64,000 nucleotides of DNA from Epiperipatus broadwayi (GCA_028023455.1 JAQFVV010000003.1:4216001-4280000); one strand, 5' to 3'. Counted from the stretch's first letter, positions 14,211 to 30,434 are shown. Notes: generated from the sequence alone by a model not told the origin. A program made the numbers and translations.

Positions 14211-15511
14211 AATAAAGACCATATTTAATTTTGTTTATCACGATTGTAAATGTCTATTTAACAAAAAGATTCTTACATATGTTCATAGAGTTTTCAAAAA
14301 AACTCTACTGATGCTTCAATTAATAACTATCAAGCTGCTGAAAAGAAAGGCTGTTATTTCTTGATCTTAAACTATGAACTAAATGGTCAGTAAACTTATC
14401 GCACTGTTTGTAGTATGTTTAACATCTCATTTATATATGTTTATCATACCTTATGAATAATCGTATAGTAATAAGCATTGCAATTACAAAACCATATAGT
14501 ATCTGGACATTTGGAATTTGCTCGGTTTCTTAAGATCTTATAGCAAATTAAAGTTTTTTTGGTTAACAGCAAACTTCTTTCTGCAGCCACTGTTCTTACG
14601 TGTGTGTGTATATATATATGAATGTGTGTACATATAAATATGCAGTTAATATATATTTGCATTTTCAAATTATAATTTATCAATATTTTTTTACTAAATA
14701 TCTGAATAAATTTTGGCAAAGTCTGATATTTGTTTAATTTGCTAAGGAGAAATACTAATCTTTCAATAGCTACTGAGTCTGGATTAAAAAATTTTTGAAT
14801 TATAGCGGGATGAACTGATAGGTATTTTTAAATATTTTCGGCACTAAAAACGGATTTTGGTTATACTGTTATTTATTAACTACTATTTTTTTCTATTTTT
14901 GGAATTACTATTCCTTGTGTTTAAACATTAAAATTATTATTCATAAGTAACAATATAAAACTTATCAGTAATGTTTATTTTAATAAATGGTGAACGGAAA
15001 CTGAGATGGAAGCATCCAAATGATGGTACAGCAATATTGAATTATTTTTAACTGGTAGAAAACTAATATTGTTAATAGATTCAACAGAGAAACTGAAGCA
15101 CTCACTGCAGTAATTCAATTAGAGTAATTAGTTTAAATTTTAGATAAAATGTAAGCATAATTCAGAAAATGACATCATACTACTTTACATAATCTGATTA
15201 GCTAACAAAAAAAAAAAGTATTTTCTATCAGCTATTACTCTAGTAATTAGAGATATCTGTTGTCAGTAATTTATTTTTTCTACCGAAAGTTTTCAGTTTG
15301 TCATATATCTATTAAAAATATCTTTAGAAATAAAATTAAATAATAAATATTTTTAATGTTATCGGTATATTTCATTACTGCTTGCACGCAATGCTTAGAA
15401 AAGGCATGGTATATTTATAAAAAGTAAAATATACTTTTTATGTATTCATATTTATGTTTTGTAAAGGTTTGATGTTTAAGCATAGCATCTTTTAGTTGAT
15501 TATCTTTTGTA

Positions 15512-16410
15512 TACCTGGGTCTCGTTTTATGCGGTATATAGGTTCCTCAGGAAACATGCACAAAAGAAATCGCACAAAAATAACGTAACTTACCTTGAAA
15601 AATGGGGGATATGTGCCAATAATTTTCAGAAGTCGCATAAAAGCAAAGCAACAAGAAAAAATTACTTTAAAATTCACATTTAAAAAATAAGGAAATAAAG
15701 TATGACTAATAAAAAATTTCAAATATTTGAAAAACATTAATACAAGACAAACTTTTTTTACTTTTTTTATTAACTACAGTATTTAATTTTACATTTTTTC
15801 ATATATATTTTAATCATTACCGCTGTTTACAATATGCGTTCATTTGTAAACTAGTAAGAAATCAGATTCGTGACGTGTTGTACAACTAGCGCCACTTTCA
15901 GTCTTCAGCTGTGTTAATGGTTTTCTGTTTCTCTATTAAAAAAAATGAGATTGCAATCAAAACAAAAAAATTATACATTATCATTAGAAAGATTATAAAA
16001 TCAATAAAATTTTCGTTATTATTTATTTTAAAAATCTAAAAAAATATTTATTTCTCTTAATATCTAACAAAATACTTTTTAAAAGTTTAAAATTTTTGAA
16101 TATTTATTGCGATATTTTTATATGTACCTATAAATCTATTATTATTATTTACTCATTAGTATAAGTAGGTTATTTACATAGAAGCTAAAATTCTAAATAC
16201 ATCTTCAGGCTATATTCACGTTAGCTGCTAATATAATGTTATATTTTTGAAAAAAAAAAAAAAGTATTTCAAGTCAAAATAAGTTATTAATAATTTAAAT
16301 TTCTTGATATCTAATAAATATAGTGAAATATAAAAGATATTAAGAAGAAACATGAATTGCATAATTTCAAAATCGCATTAAAATAATCTGCATAAAACGA
16401 GACCCAGGTG
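15512..16410 (-). mobile_element. Tigger/pogo-derived non-autonomous element (older subfamily)
   Basis: TA|TACCTGGGTCTCGTTTTATGCG ... GCATAAAACGAGACCCAGGTG|TA. Confidence 0.93.
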
Positions 16411-19400
16411 TATTTATCACTACTTTTTTAGCATTTACAAAAAAAAAAAAAAAAAGCTGTTTAGAAAATGGTATTACAAAGAAATCAATATTATTAAGAT
16501 ATTTTTTTAAAGAAAAAAATAAATACAGATTTTGTTTAGTTTATGTCATGATAAATTTATATTTTCAACATTTTTTTTTTAATAGAAAAACAAAATGGAT
16601 TAATGAAGACACATTAATTATCATTCAGTAATATATGCATAGTTGAAGTTGTAATATTTTAAAAGCTATATTAAATTGTAGGAACAATCTTTATTTTACA
16701 ATAAATAATTGAATATTATACCCTGCATGGATTAGTTCAGCCTGCTTTATTTGAGTGTTCATACTTTTTGTTAACTAGCAATAAATCATTTTTAAATTTT
16801 ATTATTGAATATTATAGTGAACTTTAAGACATAATAATAAAATTGTCAGGAGATAATTTTTGCAATGGAATCTAATGCATCAGTTAAGTTCTACACACGT
16901 AAACTGGCAAAAATTGACCAATAATATCAGATTATTGAGAAAAGTTCCGAAGATTTGTTTGTAGGTGTTAATATGAAAGAAAGGTTATGAATTGAGTAAG
17001 TAAATGCTAATCTGGAAAAAATTATTAAAGGGGAAAGTTGTTTTCAACCAATAAGGTTTGTGAAAAATTAAGATTTAAAAGATCATATCTCTTTACAACT
17101 TTAAGTTCTGATGAAGTTGTATTATGATCACACTAAAGTATCAACCATTTATTAAATATATTTTTATAAGATTACTGTATTGTACTTAGATAGGGATGTT
17201 TTTGATTAAGCTTTAAAATACATTGGGGAAATATGGTATACTATCTCATCTTTCAAAGATTTTATTTCAGATGACATTATAAATTCTTATATTCTGCCCA
17301 TATATATGAAGATTTCAAAAATCATTGAAACTTTATTTAGTGAACTGACACTACAATCAATTACAATAGTAGGTTCCACATGTCACTTGTTAATATGTTT
17401 TATTTAAATCTTGATAATTAGTGTTCCATGGATGCCTTGGAACAAATATTTTCATCTTATTCAAGCCTGTATAAAAAGTTGACACTCACCTATTACTCAA
17501 GCTAACTAATGTCAGGTTATCATTAAAAAAACATTAGTTATTTATATATTAAAAATATGTCATATCACTTATTATCTAATCCTAATTTTTTGTTTTGGCA
17601 AACTTTAATATGAAATAGATATTTAAGCAAACTATACTTTCAATAAGGGGATTAGAAAACTTCTGTTTAGTATTTTTTTAAAATATTTATGCTATGAACA
17701 ATATTTCATAATCCTCTTTCCTAAATTAAATTGTATGTTTAATTCTATTGTTTTTGAAATGTTATATTCAGCCAGAAATTCTCATTACTTGATAATTTGA
17801 AATCTTCATATTTAATGTTTAATAAGTCATTGGATATTTATTATATTGACACCATTAAATCCTTGCTAGTCTGTATAAATATGAAGTCTACATTGCTACT
17901 AAGATTATAAACTGCCTAATGTTTGCAGAATTTACTAAGAATTTTTAGATAAACTATTCTATGATGCTCAGTGAGCCTGGCTTTAAATCCATCCTTATAT
18001 TTACTTCCATAAGTTATCCTATCTACTAGTTTAAAAATATGTATATATCTAAGTGACATTACTTCATTCTGAAAAAAGTTTGCTGGTGGTTTTTAATATA
18101 ATTTCAACAAGTTTATTATATTATTTGATCATTTGAAAATGGAAAGTAATTTTTGTGAAAAAATACATCTGTATAGTAATTAATCTTGGACAAGTTGGTC
18201 ATTTAAATAAGAGTACATCGGTGCAAACTCTTAGGAAGTAGTGGAATAGCTTAGTGATTGATTAATCAATCATTTCAAAAAGTTTAACTCTGGCATATAT
18301 TAAGTAGTAATGTGAAGACACCTCTGTGATTAGAATTTCCATATGTGATTTAATAATTATATATAAAGTCTTGCATTAATTAGTAAACTTGAAATCATAA
18401 AGAATTTCATGCATAACTTCAAGGATTTAATGTCTTTAGGATTGTTTTTTTTTCTTTTTTTATAAACTAAAATTTGTATCTCATTCCAGATTTCAAAATA
18501 TTTTGATAATTGCTAGTTCTTGTAAGTGTGAAAGATTATTTTATATTTAAAAAAACATGTGTTGAATTAAATATACATCATTTATAGAAAACTAACTGTG
18601 CCCATTTTATTCTTGACTTGCATTGATGTGCTGTTAAAAATGTTTTCAGTTTTTTAGATTTTCCTAATATTTATAAATTGTTAATATTTTGATGTCTTAC
18701 CAATAAATTCAACAGATTAAAGTTCATTATAAAAATGTTTATATTTGATATGTATATGTCTAAGTATAAGAAAAAAATATTAATTTTTGTATTAAATGTG
18801 AAAAAGAAATTAAAAAATATATAGATAGCAATCCCAAGAATTCATAGTTTGGAAAAAATATAGAAAGTCACTTTACATTGTCTAACAAAAATTATAACTG
18901 AATTAAATAAATTTTGTAAATTTTTACTTTTATAAATTTTATTTACATATCCTGCTCTTATTTCCTCATTTTATACATCCCATGTGATGGTTCTCTTATT
19001 TTATTATTACTGTATTAGTTTTTTTTAATCTACATTCTATTTTTTTTTTTGTTAATTATATTTATTGATGTTTTAATGTGTACATACATTTAAATTAAAT
19101 TACAAAGAGATGTGTGTATATTTCAAATGTATATATTATATAGAATATGATATCCATGATTTCAGATATTCAGATATTCATGAGACTTGAACCCATCTGC
19201 AAATAGACCACTATATATGAAAACAATTCACTATATTATAATGAAGTCTAAATTATTTCAGTTTATGAATATAATAGTATTAATAAATTTATTACTGATG
19301 TTATATTTTCAAAAATTTAATTGTAAACTAATTTTGAATTATTAATTTTAATACTATTCATTATAAGCTTGCTTTTTTTAAAAAATTTCAGTGTATATGT

Positions 19401-22400
19401 GGATTTAAAGACAAACTATATTTGCTTTAAAATGAAAAATCACAAAATTTGATCTTAAGAACAGAAAGTATTTTTTTATTTACAAGAATATGTAAAAACT
19501 TATGTAATATCCCTAATAATTAATTCATAATGATCATGCAATAAACTTATATGATAGTTTATTAGTCATTTAGTTTATTAATCATTTCATAATACTATGC
19601 AAGATTTGATTATGCAAGTTATATATATATTTGATTTTATAATAATGTTTTAGAGCCACAAATGAGTTTTTTTTTAAAATTGTACTTAAGGAAGTGTAAT
19701 TGATAATGATATAAAGTATAAGAGTTTCAAATTATAGATTTTTTTTTTTAGTGTCATTATTTGTATATATGATTTTGATCCTAAATTATTTATTGTGTTA
19801 TTTGTCATGTAGAACTAAACTATCCAAGATGTCCATAACTTCTTCCACCATTGCTTTTATTAAATCTTAACTAAAAATCACTCTTATGGCTTTGCTTCTG
19901 TTAAATCTTTAATTAAAAAAAAGCAAGTCAAGCTTCTTATAAAGTTTTGTATGTTTATATAATAAAGATGTTTAGATTTGAAGAAGATAGCTAGACTGTC
20001 AAAACTATTAGAAATTAAAGTACTGAAAATGACATTATGAGAAGTGGGAGTATTTTTTTTTTTTGTAAAAATAGAACTTAAACTGTCTACAATTTTTTGA
20101 AAATTATATTGCTCTTAAATTCCAATTTTTAATACATATTTCGTGTATGGATTCTTTCTATTTGTTGGTTTTTCATTTTGTTAAGAGATATATAGTTTAG
20201 TTGGACATTTGAAATTTGCACATTTCAACAATTTGGAAATATTCAAATGTCAATCAGGATATATGCTCATGAAAGTTTTTATCAATAAAATTATTTTTTT
20301 TGTATTATTAACTGAATTGTATGTAGATGAATTTATCACCATTAGCTATTATTTACTCTGCTGAAGTTAAAGGATTTTCATTTACTATTTTACTTATGCC
20401 ATTAAATGTATTCTTTCTATAAACTTAGGCAACTATGAGCTCGTCATCAAATTTCAAGTTAATTCTTTCTTATAATGTTTATCCTTTTTCTTTTAAATTA
20501 TTTTAATATTTATAACAGTTCTGTTTCAAAAAAAAAAAGAATATATTGATTGAAACTTATTTTAAGGACAAGAGTTTAGTTTATTTAAACTAAACACTAA
20601 AACTTTTCAAAATATTTTTTCCATTATACATTTGTGTGTTTTAATGAATATTAACATATCTCTCAAAGTAAATAGAATTGGCTATTTCTCAATTTTGTGA
20701 GATCATTAAATTACATGTGTTTTTGTCAAAAAACGAAACCAATACCGTTTAATTGTTTGAAAATTTTTTCCCCGTTTTTTGATCAATATGAATGCATATC
20801 CATGCAAATATTTGTTTGTGTGTGTGTGTCTATATATGCAGTAAGAAAGAAAAAGAATGCTAAAATCTGCTGTAAGTGGATATTCAATATAATTTTTGTT
20901 TATATATGATTAAAATCTCAAAGTAAAATTAAAACTTAAACTGAGTATGTAGTTAGTCATAAAAGTAAATTACCAATGTCTGTTGGGCATGATCCAAAAA
21001 AAAAGTACTTATTGTGGTTTTTTATAGTTTAACAAATTAACCCGGAAATTTCTTTAAAAAAATACTGTTAGTCAGCTACAAGAATTATTTATTAAGCTAA
21101 AGAACAAATCGATTATCTTGTTACATTTTAGACTGTGTAAAATAAATTATATTAGGAGAGAAAAAAATTTTAATATTTTAAATTTGTTGTACATTACATA
21201 ACATTCATAATCTAGAAAAAATAAAAATATAGTTGCTCAATTACAGAAACAGCTGGCTACGAAGATCATCCGGGTACATTTAGATATTAACATTTTGTTT
21301 GCTAATTTGTATCTTTTCTAGCGTTTAATAATTCTTAGAAGTCATTTGATAAATTTTGGATTTTTAAATAGTAAAACATAGCTTCTGCAATTAAAAATAA
21401 TTTATTCAAATAATGCATGTTTATCCGTATAATAAAATAGAAAAATTATAATTATTATTTTGTTTGTATATCTTGTTCAACCTATCACGCCTTAATAAAA
21501 ACTAATATAGCAAAAGTATGAAAAGAAATGGGGGGAGGGAATTTACTTTTAACAATTCACTGTCTTGAGAATTAAATGACAATTTGAAGATAATTTTTTT
21601 TTTTGCTATTTTTATTGTATGTCTGGGAATATCTGTAAATGTTGCAATTCTGTTATCACAAAAGAAGTTTTGCATTTTAAAATTCTCCACTACTTAACAT
21701 TATTTTAGTACTGGTTTGCAAATCTAAGTAATTTTAAAAAAAATTCAAACAAAATATATGGAAATAAATAATTTTAAAGCTGTGAAATACAAATTTATGA
21801 TGGTGAATTGGAAAAACATCAATACATCCATTTATTTTTCATACTTTCTTTGTAAATTCTGAAAATGCCCAATGATATTTAGCTGAAATGTTAATTGCAA
21901 TTGTAGCAGTAAAATTTTTTCATTTAAAAACAAACAGAATTGCAATAATTTATTTTTATATTTTAGTTTAGGATTATTTATAAATGGAAAAAATATAATT
22001 AAAGGTGTTTTTTAACAAGAGGAGATAGATTTATAATTCATATATGAATATATTGAAATATGAGAAGTTAAAAATGTAGATAATGATAAATAATTAAAAA
22101 AAAAGAAAGAATTCAGCTGCTTTGTAGGTTATAATTTATAATTATATCAATAAATTGTACTGCATAAAAAATACAATTGGGTGAAATGTGATGAATTATT
22201 TTTATTTTTTAAATATTTTTACTTTATATATTTGGAGAATTGTTTGTGTCTTGATTTCATAAATCTGTAGCTGATGAGGAAAAGAATTATGAGAAATGGA
22301 AATTTATGGAAAAAAACAACAAAAATGTATGATCTTTAGGAGAATAAAAGAGAGGGAGTTTTGAGAAGATATGGAGTTTAACTAGATTGAAGACATATAA

Positions 22401-25400
22401 GTTTGTTATAGGTTTAAAATTTTCAGGTTATGCAACCAAATGGTTAAATAAACATATAATGGCACACATCACTATAATAATGGATAGAAATGAATGTGTA
22501 TATATAAATGTATCCATATTATAATTTTATGTATGCTTTTAAGTTTTCATTATATAATTAAATGATTATATAGTATATATATTTAAACACAATACATAAC
22601 AGTTTAATAGATGTAAAAATTCTATTTAGTATGCCAAAGTTGTTATTAGTGTTTGCCTAATATTTTAGTTGTATTTATATGTTGGACTATATAATCCAAC
22701 ATATAAATTCAATTTTAAGTTATGTGATCATATTTCAAATCTAAAGCTTTTTAAAAATTTTGATACCCTCTCTAACTTTAATAATGTATGTTTTTGTTTT
22801 TTTTTTAAATGTCAATTTGTAAATTTGAATTCATAAATTCTGCGTATGTGCTCATTTAAAAAATAAGTAGCTTCATGAATTATTCTTATTCAGCCATTTT
22901 ATCATTTTACACACTGTCATGAGGTTGCTATCATAATAAAACCATTATAACTGTGGTATCAGATGTGAATTATTAAATCAAAATTTTATTTAAAATGGCT
23001 CCATGGGGCAAAGTTAATGATGATGACAATTCTATATGATAAAGAATAATTTATTTTGTAGTAAAATTAAAACAAGTATTTATGAATGAACACATTCACT
23101 TATCAACTTGTCTAGATTTGAGATTATATATATGTGTATTTCATTATCAATTTATTACTGTATTTGGATATTTATTTTTAAAATTGTTTATGTATGTCTA
23201 GTAAGTATAATTTTTAAATTGCATTATATATGTATATGCTATGCATTTGCATGAAGATTTGAAAACAAAAAGTTACAGGTTGAGGAGGTGAGGTCATGAA
23301 ACACGAACATCTTGATAAATGAGATTAATTTGGTTAATATAGAAATGAAACGTTTCTGCAGAGCTTTGATGAACATACTGCACAATGCACACCATTCCCA
23401 ATTAATATGAAGGTAATTAGTTGTGACTACAGGAATGCTGTCCTTGAACTCTTAACACAACTTATCTTTAGAATAGAAGTCTGGTCTATAATACTCTGCA
23501 TAAAATGTGCAAAGATACTTCTTTATTTATTGAATTTCTAGTTTAATCAATTTCCATTCTGTAAATGTGCATTGAATTCAGATCTATGTTACAAAACTTA
23601 AGTATTACTTTATTCTGCATACTTTGTTCATAAGAGGACTGTTATTTTTTGTATGAGTGAAGTTATTTTGCCCAACAGAATTATGACATCTGACATGGTT
23701 ACATTTATAATTTAAATCAAGAATACTTTTTTTGTCTTTTTTTTAAAAAGAAAAAAAAATGTATTATTCAAATGTATGTGTATTTAGTAATTTGTGTTAT
23801 TATTTTGAATTAAAAATTTTTTTTTAATAGTGATCAAAATTACATTGGTTATCAATTCAGAGTATAAACATGCTTTTATCATATGGCTGGAATTTTTCAG
23901 GGTTTTTTTTTATTTGCATATTTTGCTTTTTTTTTTTTTGTTGTTGTTTATGTTTTATATATATTAAATTTATTTCAGATTTTATTTGGATATTTAGATT
24001 TATTTAGGTATTTTAAAAATGGATTTATCATTTGGTTTTATTATTTGCCTTTTTATTTTAAATTTCCATTTCCATAAATTAGTCTTTTTAATTATGCTTA
24101 TTTTTGTTTTAATTTTATTTTCATTTATATCAAAATTAAAGCTGTGTATTCCAAACATTTAACAACTAAAATGCAATATTTGATTTAAAATAAACATTTG
24201 ATTATCATACAAATCATTATGTTTTGATCTAATTTGATAATGAAAATTATCATTTAATTTATGACTTTGCAATTTTATTTACTGGTGCACTTACAAAATA
24301 TAATACAACTTCAGCAAGATTCTTTATTTTTGCTATGATATCTTTTCATTAATAAATTTTTTTTGGTTATTTTTAAGAAGTGTCTTCAGTCATCTTTTAA
24401 AGACCAGACTGGTAATGATTTTTTAAAAAGATAATCAAAGTGCCTGTAATAGAGAGAGGAAAAATAAAAACAAGTAATTTCATTGAACATTTATTTTTCC
24501 ATATTAAAACTGTAGTTTGAAAGATGACACTTTTATTTATCAACTTCAAAAACAGTAACAGTGAAAAATTTGTACTTTAATAATCTAGCCTATCGTTCTT
24601 ATCCTGTATATGTGGTAAGTAATTTAAAAGAAACATTTCTCAAAAATATTATGAGTTAGGATAAATATAGATTGGTTTATCAGTTGTGTATTTGAAGGCG
24701 GAACATTTTTCCAGCTTCAAATACCAATGTCTATGGGTAAAATATTAGTTTGATGCATTTATCTTGGCATGTGATTATAATATGTTTATTTAAATAAAAC
24801 ATTTATATTTAATGTTTGTAATAATTTAACATTTGTTCTTAAGTAATTTGTTTTAGATATTGTATAAAAATTGACTTCTATTCGATATTTACTTTAATTT
24901 GATATATAAGCGCACATAAAAGTCTGTGATGTTTAGCAAGTATAGCATAATGTTAATTGAGACTATTGTTTTTTGAAATTAGCATATCTTAAGTGATTTT
25001 CTTTACCTTTGATAATATTTGCAGATTAGCAAAAATAAATTAGTTTTACTTATTTTGCGTTTTAAATATTTAATTTTAGTAAATTATTAAAATTGATGTG
25101 TAAAGCAGGTTTATTGATTTCGAGTCTTGTAGTCATTATGATTAAGCCATAAAATAACACCCATCTAACTATCTAGTTTTGTTAATTTGCTTTTGTTTCC
25201 ATTTAATCCTAAAGTAATTTTTTAAAAAAAGAAAATATTTTTTGATTAAATAATGAATTACTAGACTACATATTATATAAATATATAATGCTGATAATGA
25301 TTTAACTGTAATTGTTCAAAAAATATGAAAGATCTTTTAACATAGTAGTTAGCATATTATACTGCATATTATATATAGAATTCGCAAAACAAACTCTTAA

Positions 25401-28199
25401 CAAGCTTTGAGAATATCCCCAATCCCATATTACACACACACACACAGAGAGAATAATAATTTAACTGTAATTGTCCAAAAAGGGGGGGGGGTCTTTTAGC
25501 ATTGTAGTTAGCAAATTAATGTTCCATTACTCAAGACTTCGGAAGAGCAAAATAAACTTTGGATTTGCTTATATTAGCCATCCAGTTTATGCTCTGTAAA
25601 TGAGTAAAACAAGAAAACTACAATTCTTTATCATTGGGAATTTGGCTAGCCTAGTGAATATTGTTTTCACAATCAATGATTTTCTACAGAGGGATGATGG
25701 AGGTTTTTGTGGTAAGATATTTAAATGCAATCACATTTATGTTTACTGGTTTTAGTATCTATTAGCACTATTTCAATGCATATTTACTACCTTTTCCATC
25801 TATTAGATCTAATAAAGTTTAGCAATAATAATCTTCTTTTCCTGATTGAAACTTCATTAACACAATGCTGCTGACTTTCAGTATATTAATGTTAACAGGA
25901 TTTTATTGGAAATTCAAAGAAGAAATACTAAAAGTATAACAACAGTTTATATAATAAGATGTGCTAACAACAGAAGAATTAATAGAAAAATAAAAATCAT
26001 TCTTGCAGTTTTTTTTATATTAATGTTGATGTTTTCTCTGTCTTAGTAGGTTAAATAGTTTTAAAATAGGCCAATGTAGGGAAGGAATAGTAAAAGAGAG
26101 CATTATTCACCAGGTATGCCAAATGATGAGGGTTTGAGAAGTTTTCATGTTTTTTTACACTCTAGTTAGAATATCTAGATATTCAGTTATTGACTAATAC
26201 TGGATAGATTGATTATAGGCTAGTTATCTAAAAGAAAAATTCTAAACTTGATTACAGTGTGATAAAATTTCCAAGTTTTATCAAGTCTCACGAAATTATA
26301 AATAGTATTTACTTATAAACGTTTTTATAAGATTTGTAATTATTATTTGCATAAATAGTTTTATAGTCAAATAATTATCAATTTTTAAGTAAGATTGACT
26401 ATCTAAAGATTTTAATTATAATATTAATATAATTCATCAATTTGGAAGAAGGTGACAATAATTGAAATATCTATATGAAACTGAAATTTTATTGTATTTT
26501 TGTGTTTAAACAATGTAAAGCCCTGAGAGAATACAATAATATGGAAATTATTTTATTTTATTGGATATTTTACATTGTTAATTTAAAACTGAATAAAATG
26601 TAAATAAATTAATTATAAAAAAATTTGGATGTCTTTTTGAAAATTTTAATTAAATTGATTTAAAGTTTAAATTTATATAACAGAATAAGGACTTTTAAAT
26701 TAAGATTGATTATATAAAGTATATATTTGTATATCATATAAGGAAGAAGATTTAAGTTTTACTGTTCTTAATTCAGAGTTTCTATTTCTTTCAAGTTCAT
26801 GGATCTATGATCATACATTTGTATTGACCTTAGTTACTACTCCTCTTCCCCCACTGTTTAATAACCGAACTTTTTTCACAGAAACACACATCCAAACTAC
26901 CACCATACATGAATTGATTTAGAAGTAGCCATTTTCGGTCTGAGAGCAAATATAATACATAGATAATGTTTAAGTTAGTTGAATGGTATAATTAAACATA
27001 ATTTATAAACTAAAAAAATAGTATTAGTTTTCCTTAAGTGGATTATATTAGTAGATGTATGTGAACACTAAAATTAAGCTGTATTCAAGCATTTATTATC
27101 AGATAAACTTGTTTTATTATTGTTGTTTTCCTTTTACTAATAGTGACCTGGGAAACTCTCTATAAAATTAACTTTTTATTTTTGTTAATGAAAGTAAACA
27201 TTTGATTTGAAAAACTGTTCTTTTAATAAATTAATATAGTCAGTTCTTGAAGTAGGCTAATTCATATTAATAATGAGAATTTTATCTTTTTTTTTCTTGT
27301 AGAAGCTTGTAAACACATTTTGTATCGACTTTTATATTAAGCATTAATTAATATCAAACACTGTTATTGAGGTTTAAATTCATATGAAGTAAGATCTTGT
27401 GCTAAAATTGTTTGCATGATAATGAGATTTTGTATGTTTATTATATAACCAGTATTAATTATACAGACTTTCATTTGTTAAGCAATTTAAAATCTTTTAT
27501 TATTTGATAGTTATGAATACTGAAAAATTTAAATTCTTAAATTGTAAACTACAATTGATTACATGTATTAGGTGTATTTGTGAATTCACACAGTTATGAA
27601 TGCAGTTGTTGAAGGTTATTGACATGAAATATGCCTGTTGCATTTTTTGTTGACATTTGTTTTTTGTGAAAGTATTTTAACATAGAATATTCTCAATTTA
27701 TATATACACTGTACACACATTATCTTAAATAGTGTAGGCTTTGGTTTAAAAAACAATTTATAAACAGTGCAACTATTTGCTATAAATAGCTTTTTGCAAT
27801 GATACTACAAAATAAATATCTTTTCTATTTTGATTCAGTATGTATTTAGGACTTACATTAAAACTTAAATAACAAAATTATATGAATTTCGTCATATTTT
27901 CATTTTGTTGAATAGGAAGGATAAAAGATAAACCATAGGTTCAATTTCCATATCTAATCAGTGATGCATACAACTATGTCTTTTTTTTTTAATCAGTGCA
28001 CAACATTCTGTGACTAATTATTATGGGGCCTTTATTTTCCAAATAAGACTAGCTAGATATTGATATACTCAAAAATATGAACTAACTGAACTGCTATTTG
28101 AATTTTTTGGAGAATCTTCACCTATTTCAAGCTCAGACTTGGAGGGGATAACTACTGTTTGTGAGACCTTCCATAATGTGGAGAATTAAAAAATGAAAT

Positions 28200-28590
28200 A
28201 TCTTAATTATAAAGATAAAATCTTAGCAAAATAATTTTTGTAAAGAAGTAAGTATCTGAATGAATTTGCATATTTATCAATATAGAAAGAATCTTCATTC
28301 ACCAAATGTTGAGAAGATACATAATAAATACCTTGAACAGTTAGCTCACTGCAAAACTATCTGTCATTTATAAAAGTTAGACTTAACAAAATTGGTGTTG
28401 ATCAAATTAGTAGCAAAAGTAAGTTTTGTATTTTTTTTGTAGTGTACAGTATTGTATCAAAATTGTAAAATTTATCTCAAAAAAATTTCATGTACAAAAT
28501 GATAATCATTCGCATCATTTGACTTAAAGCTTTAGCACAGATATTAAAATTCACTAATAGTAGCATGCCCCATCATAGCATGCACTTTTA
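28200..28590 (+). pseudogene. Possible hAT transposase dimerisation-domain remnant
   Basis: HSPNVEKIHNKYL weakly resembles S...VER.FSKY; TAGCATGC..GCATGCAC motifs near 28560. Confidence 0.2.
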
Positions 28591-29265
28591 GTATATATAT
28601 GTTTATCATACACATTATGTATTGAACATGCGAAAAATTAAAATGTAAAAAAATATTTTATTCATTTCTAACTTAAGGGATTATCCAGGTGAGTTAGAAA
28701 CGTTTGATATTTTTTTTGTAAGGTAACTGGCCCATAAATTAATCAAACTGGCTGGCAAAATTTATTACTGTGATATAGTTATTCTTAATTAAAACAATGA
28801 CACACTAAAATTACACTCCATCCCAATCTGGCAATTGGAAGACTGAATAATGTCTTCTTGGAGAGATGTATTTGCTTTGTGTATGATATTTAAAAAATTG
28901 TTCTACTGTTTAAATTCAATATCTTTGGGCTATCTTTGTTTTCATTAGAATATTAAATAAACTGGCAAAATTGTATTAAGGTTGGTAATAATGTCAAAAT
29001 CATGACACATATAAAAAAAATCTCAGATAAGATCAAGACTGATAAAAAATAGACATTTATATAGAAAAATGATAAAAATCAGACCTATTTCACAATTGAT
29101 GAATTTTACTATGTAATAAAGTTTAATTCATGAGGAGTTTGCAGATAAAAACTGACACATATATTAGAATTCATGATAGCTTTTAGGAACAACCATATAG
29201 AATATTAAAATATATAATTGTGGATGTTTTAGCAAAATAACATCCATCTTTAAACCGGATAAAGG

Positions 29266-30434
29266 TATGCGATAGATAGATTCCACAGAAAACCCACATT
29301 AAAGAAATTGCACAAAAATAGACTTAATTTACCTTGAAAAGTGTGGGATATATTTTGCAATTTTTGAAAATCGCATAAAACCAAAGCAACAAGGTAAAAT
29401 TACTTTAAAATTCGCATAAGTATGACTAACAAAAAATTTTAAATATTTGAAAAAAATTGATACAAGACAAACTTTTTTTATTAACTACTTAATTTTATTC
29501 AAAACAATATGTTTTTATATGTAATTTATTTTAAATTTTTTCATACATATTTTAATCATTATCGCTATTTGACAATATTTGGTTTGTTTGTGAACTGGTA
29601 AGACATCAGATTCATCACAAGAGGAAATGCAATTTAATGCCAATCTTAGTCTCTTGCTGTGTTAATGGTTTTCTGTCGACAATGTAATCAGTAATTAAAT
29701 TTTGAGACAATGATTTTACTAATTGTTTATGAAGCTTGCGATATCCAGACTGCTATGTCTAGACAGCTGTTAGAGAATGCACTTCCACGAGTGAAACTAT
29801 ATATATATAAATAACATGCTTCTACGAGTGTGTTAATAATGACTAATGGTTAAAATTTTTTTTATATACATATACATGAGAAACTTAGAGTAGACAGAAA
29901 AAAGTTACAAGTAAAAATATTTAAAAAATTTTAAAGATACATTCTTTTTAAGTAGAAATTAAAAGTTCTTAAATATTTTTACTTGTAACATTTTTCTGTC
30001 TAAAAGTTTCTCCATGTATATATGTGTATAAAAAAAAAATATAAACATACACAGACATACAACTATTTATCTCTCGTTGGAATTTAGTTCATAATTCATG
30101 TCATTAACAAGAAAATGATTTTCCAATTGATTAGAAAGTTAAAGACTTTCTCTAATCATTTTTGCTGTGAAACGAACAGGTTCCACTTCTGTTTTATTAT
30201 CTTTTTCTAAATCTTCTACAGTATCTAAATTTATTGCCAAACCTTTTTCCAATAGGCATTTAAAGTATGTAAAATTTAATGCGCATATATAAAACTAAGA
30301 AATCCCGATTTTAAGTGACATATGAACTTTTTTATCGCATAAAATAAAACCGCATAAAAAGATGTTAAGAAGAAAAATGAATCGCATAACTTCAAAATCG
30401 CATTTAAAAAATCCGCATAAAAAGAAACTTGGGG
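29266..30434 (-). mobile_element. Degenerate Tigger-derived element, one TIR lost, with nested hairpin
   Basis: Homologous to both ends of 5414 and 15512; contains the reverse complement of the transposase C-terminal segment (~29690-29750). Confidence 0.8.
29856..30039. repeat. Hairpin inverted repeat nested in Tigger copy
   Basis: AGACAGAAAAAAGTTACAAGTAAAAATATTTAA (to ~29924) pairs with TTAAATATTTTTACTTGTAACATTTTTCTGTCT (from 29969). Confidence 0.8.
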
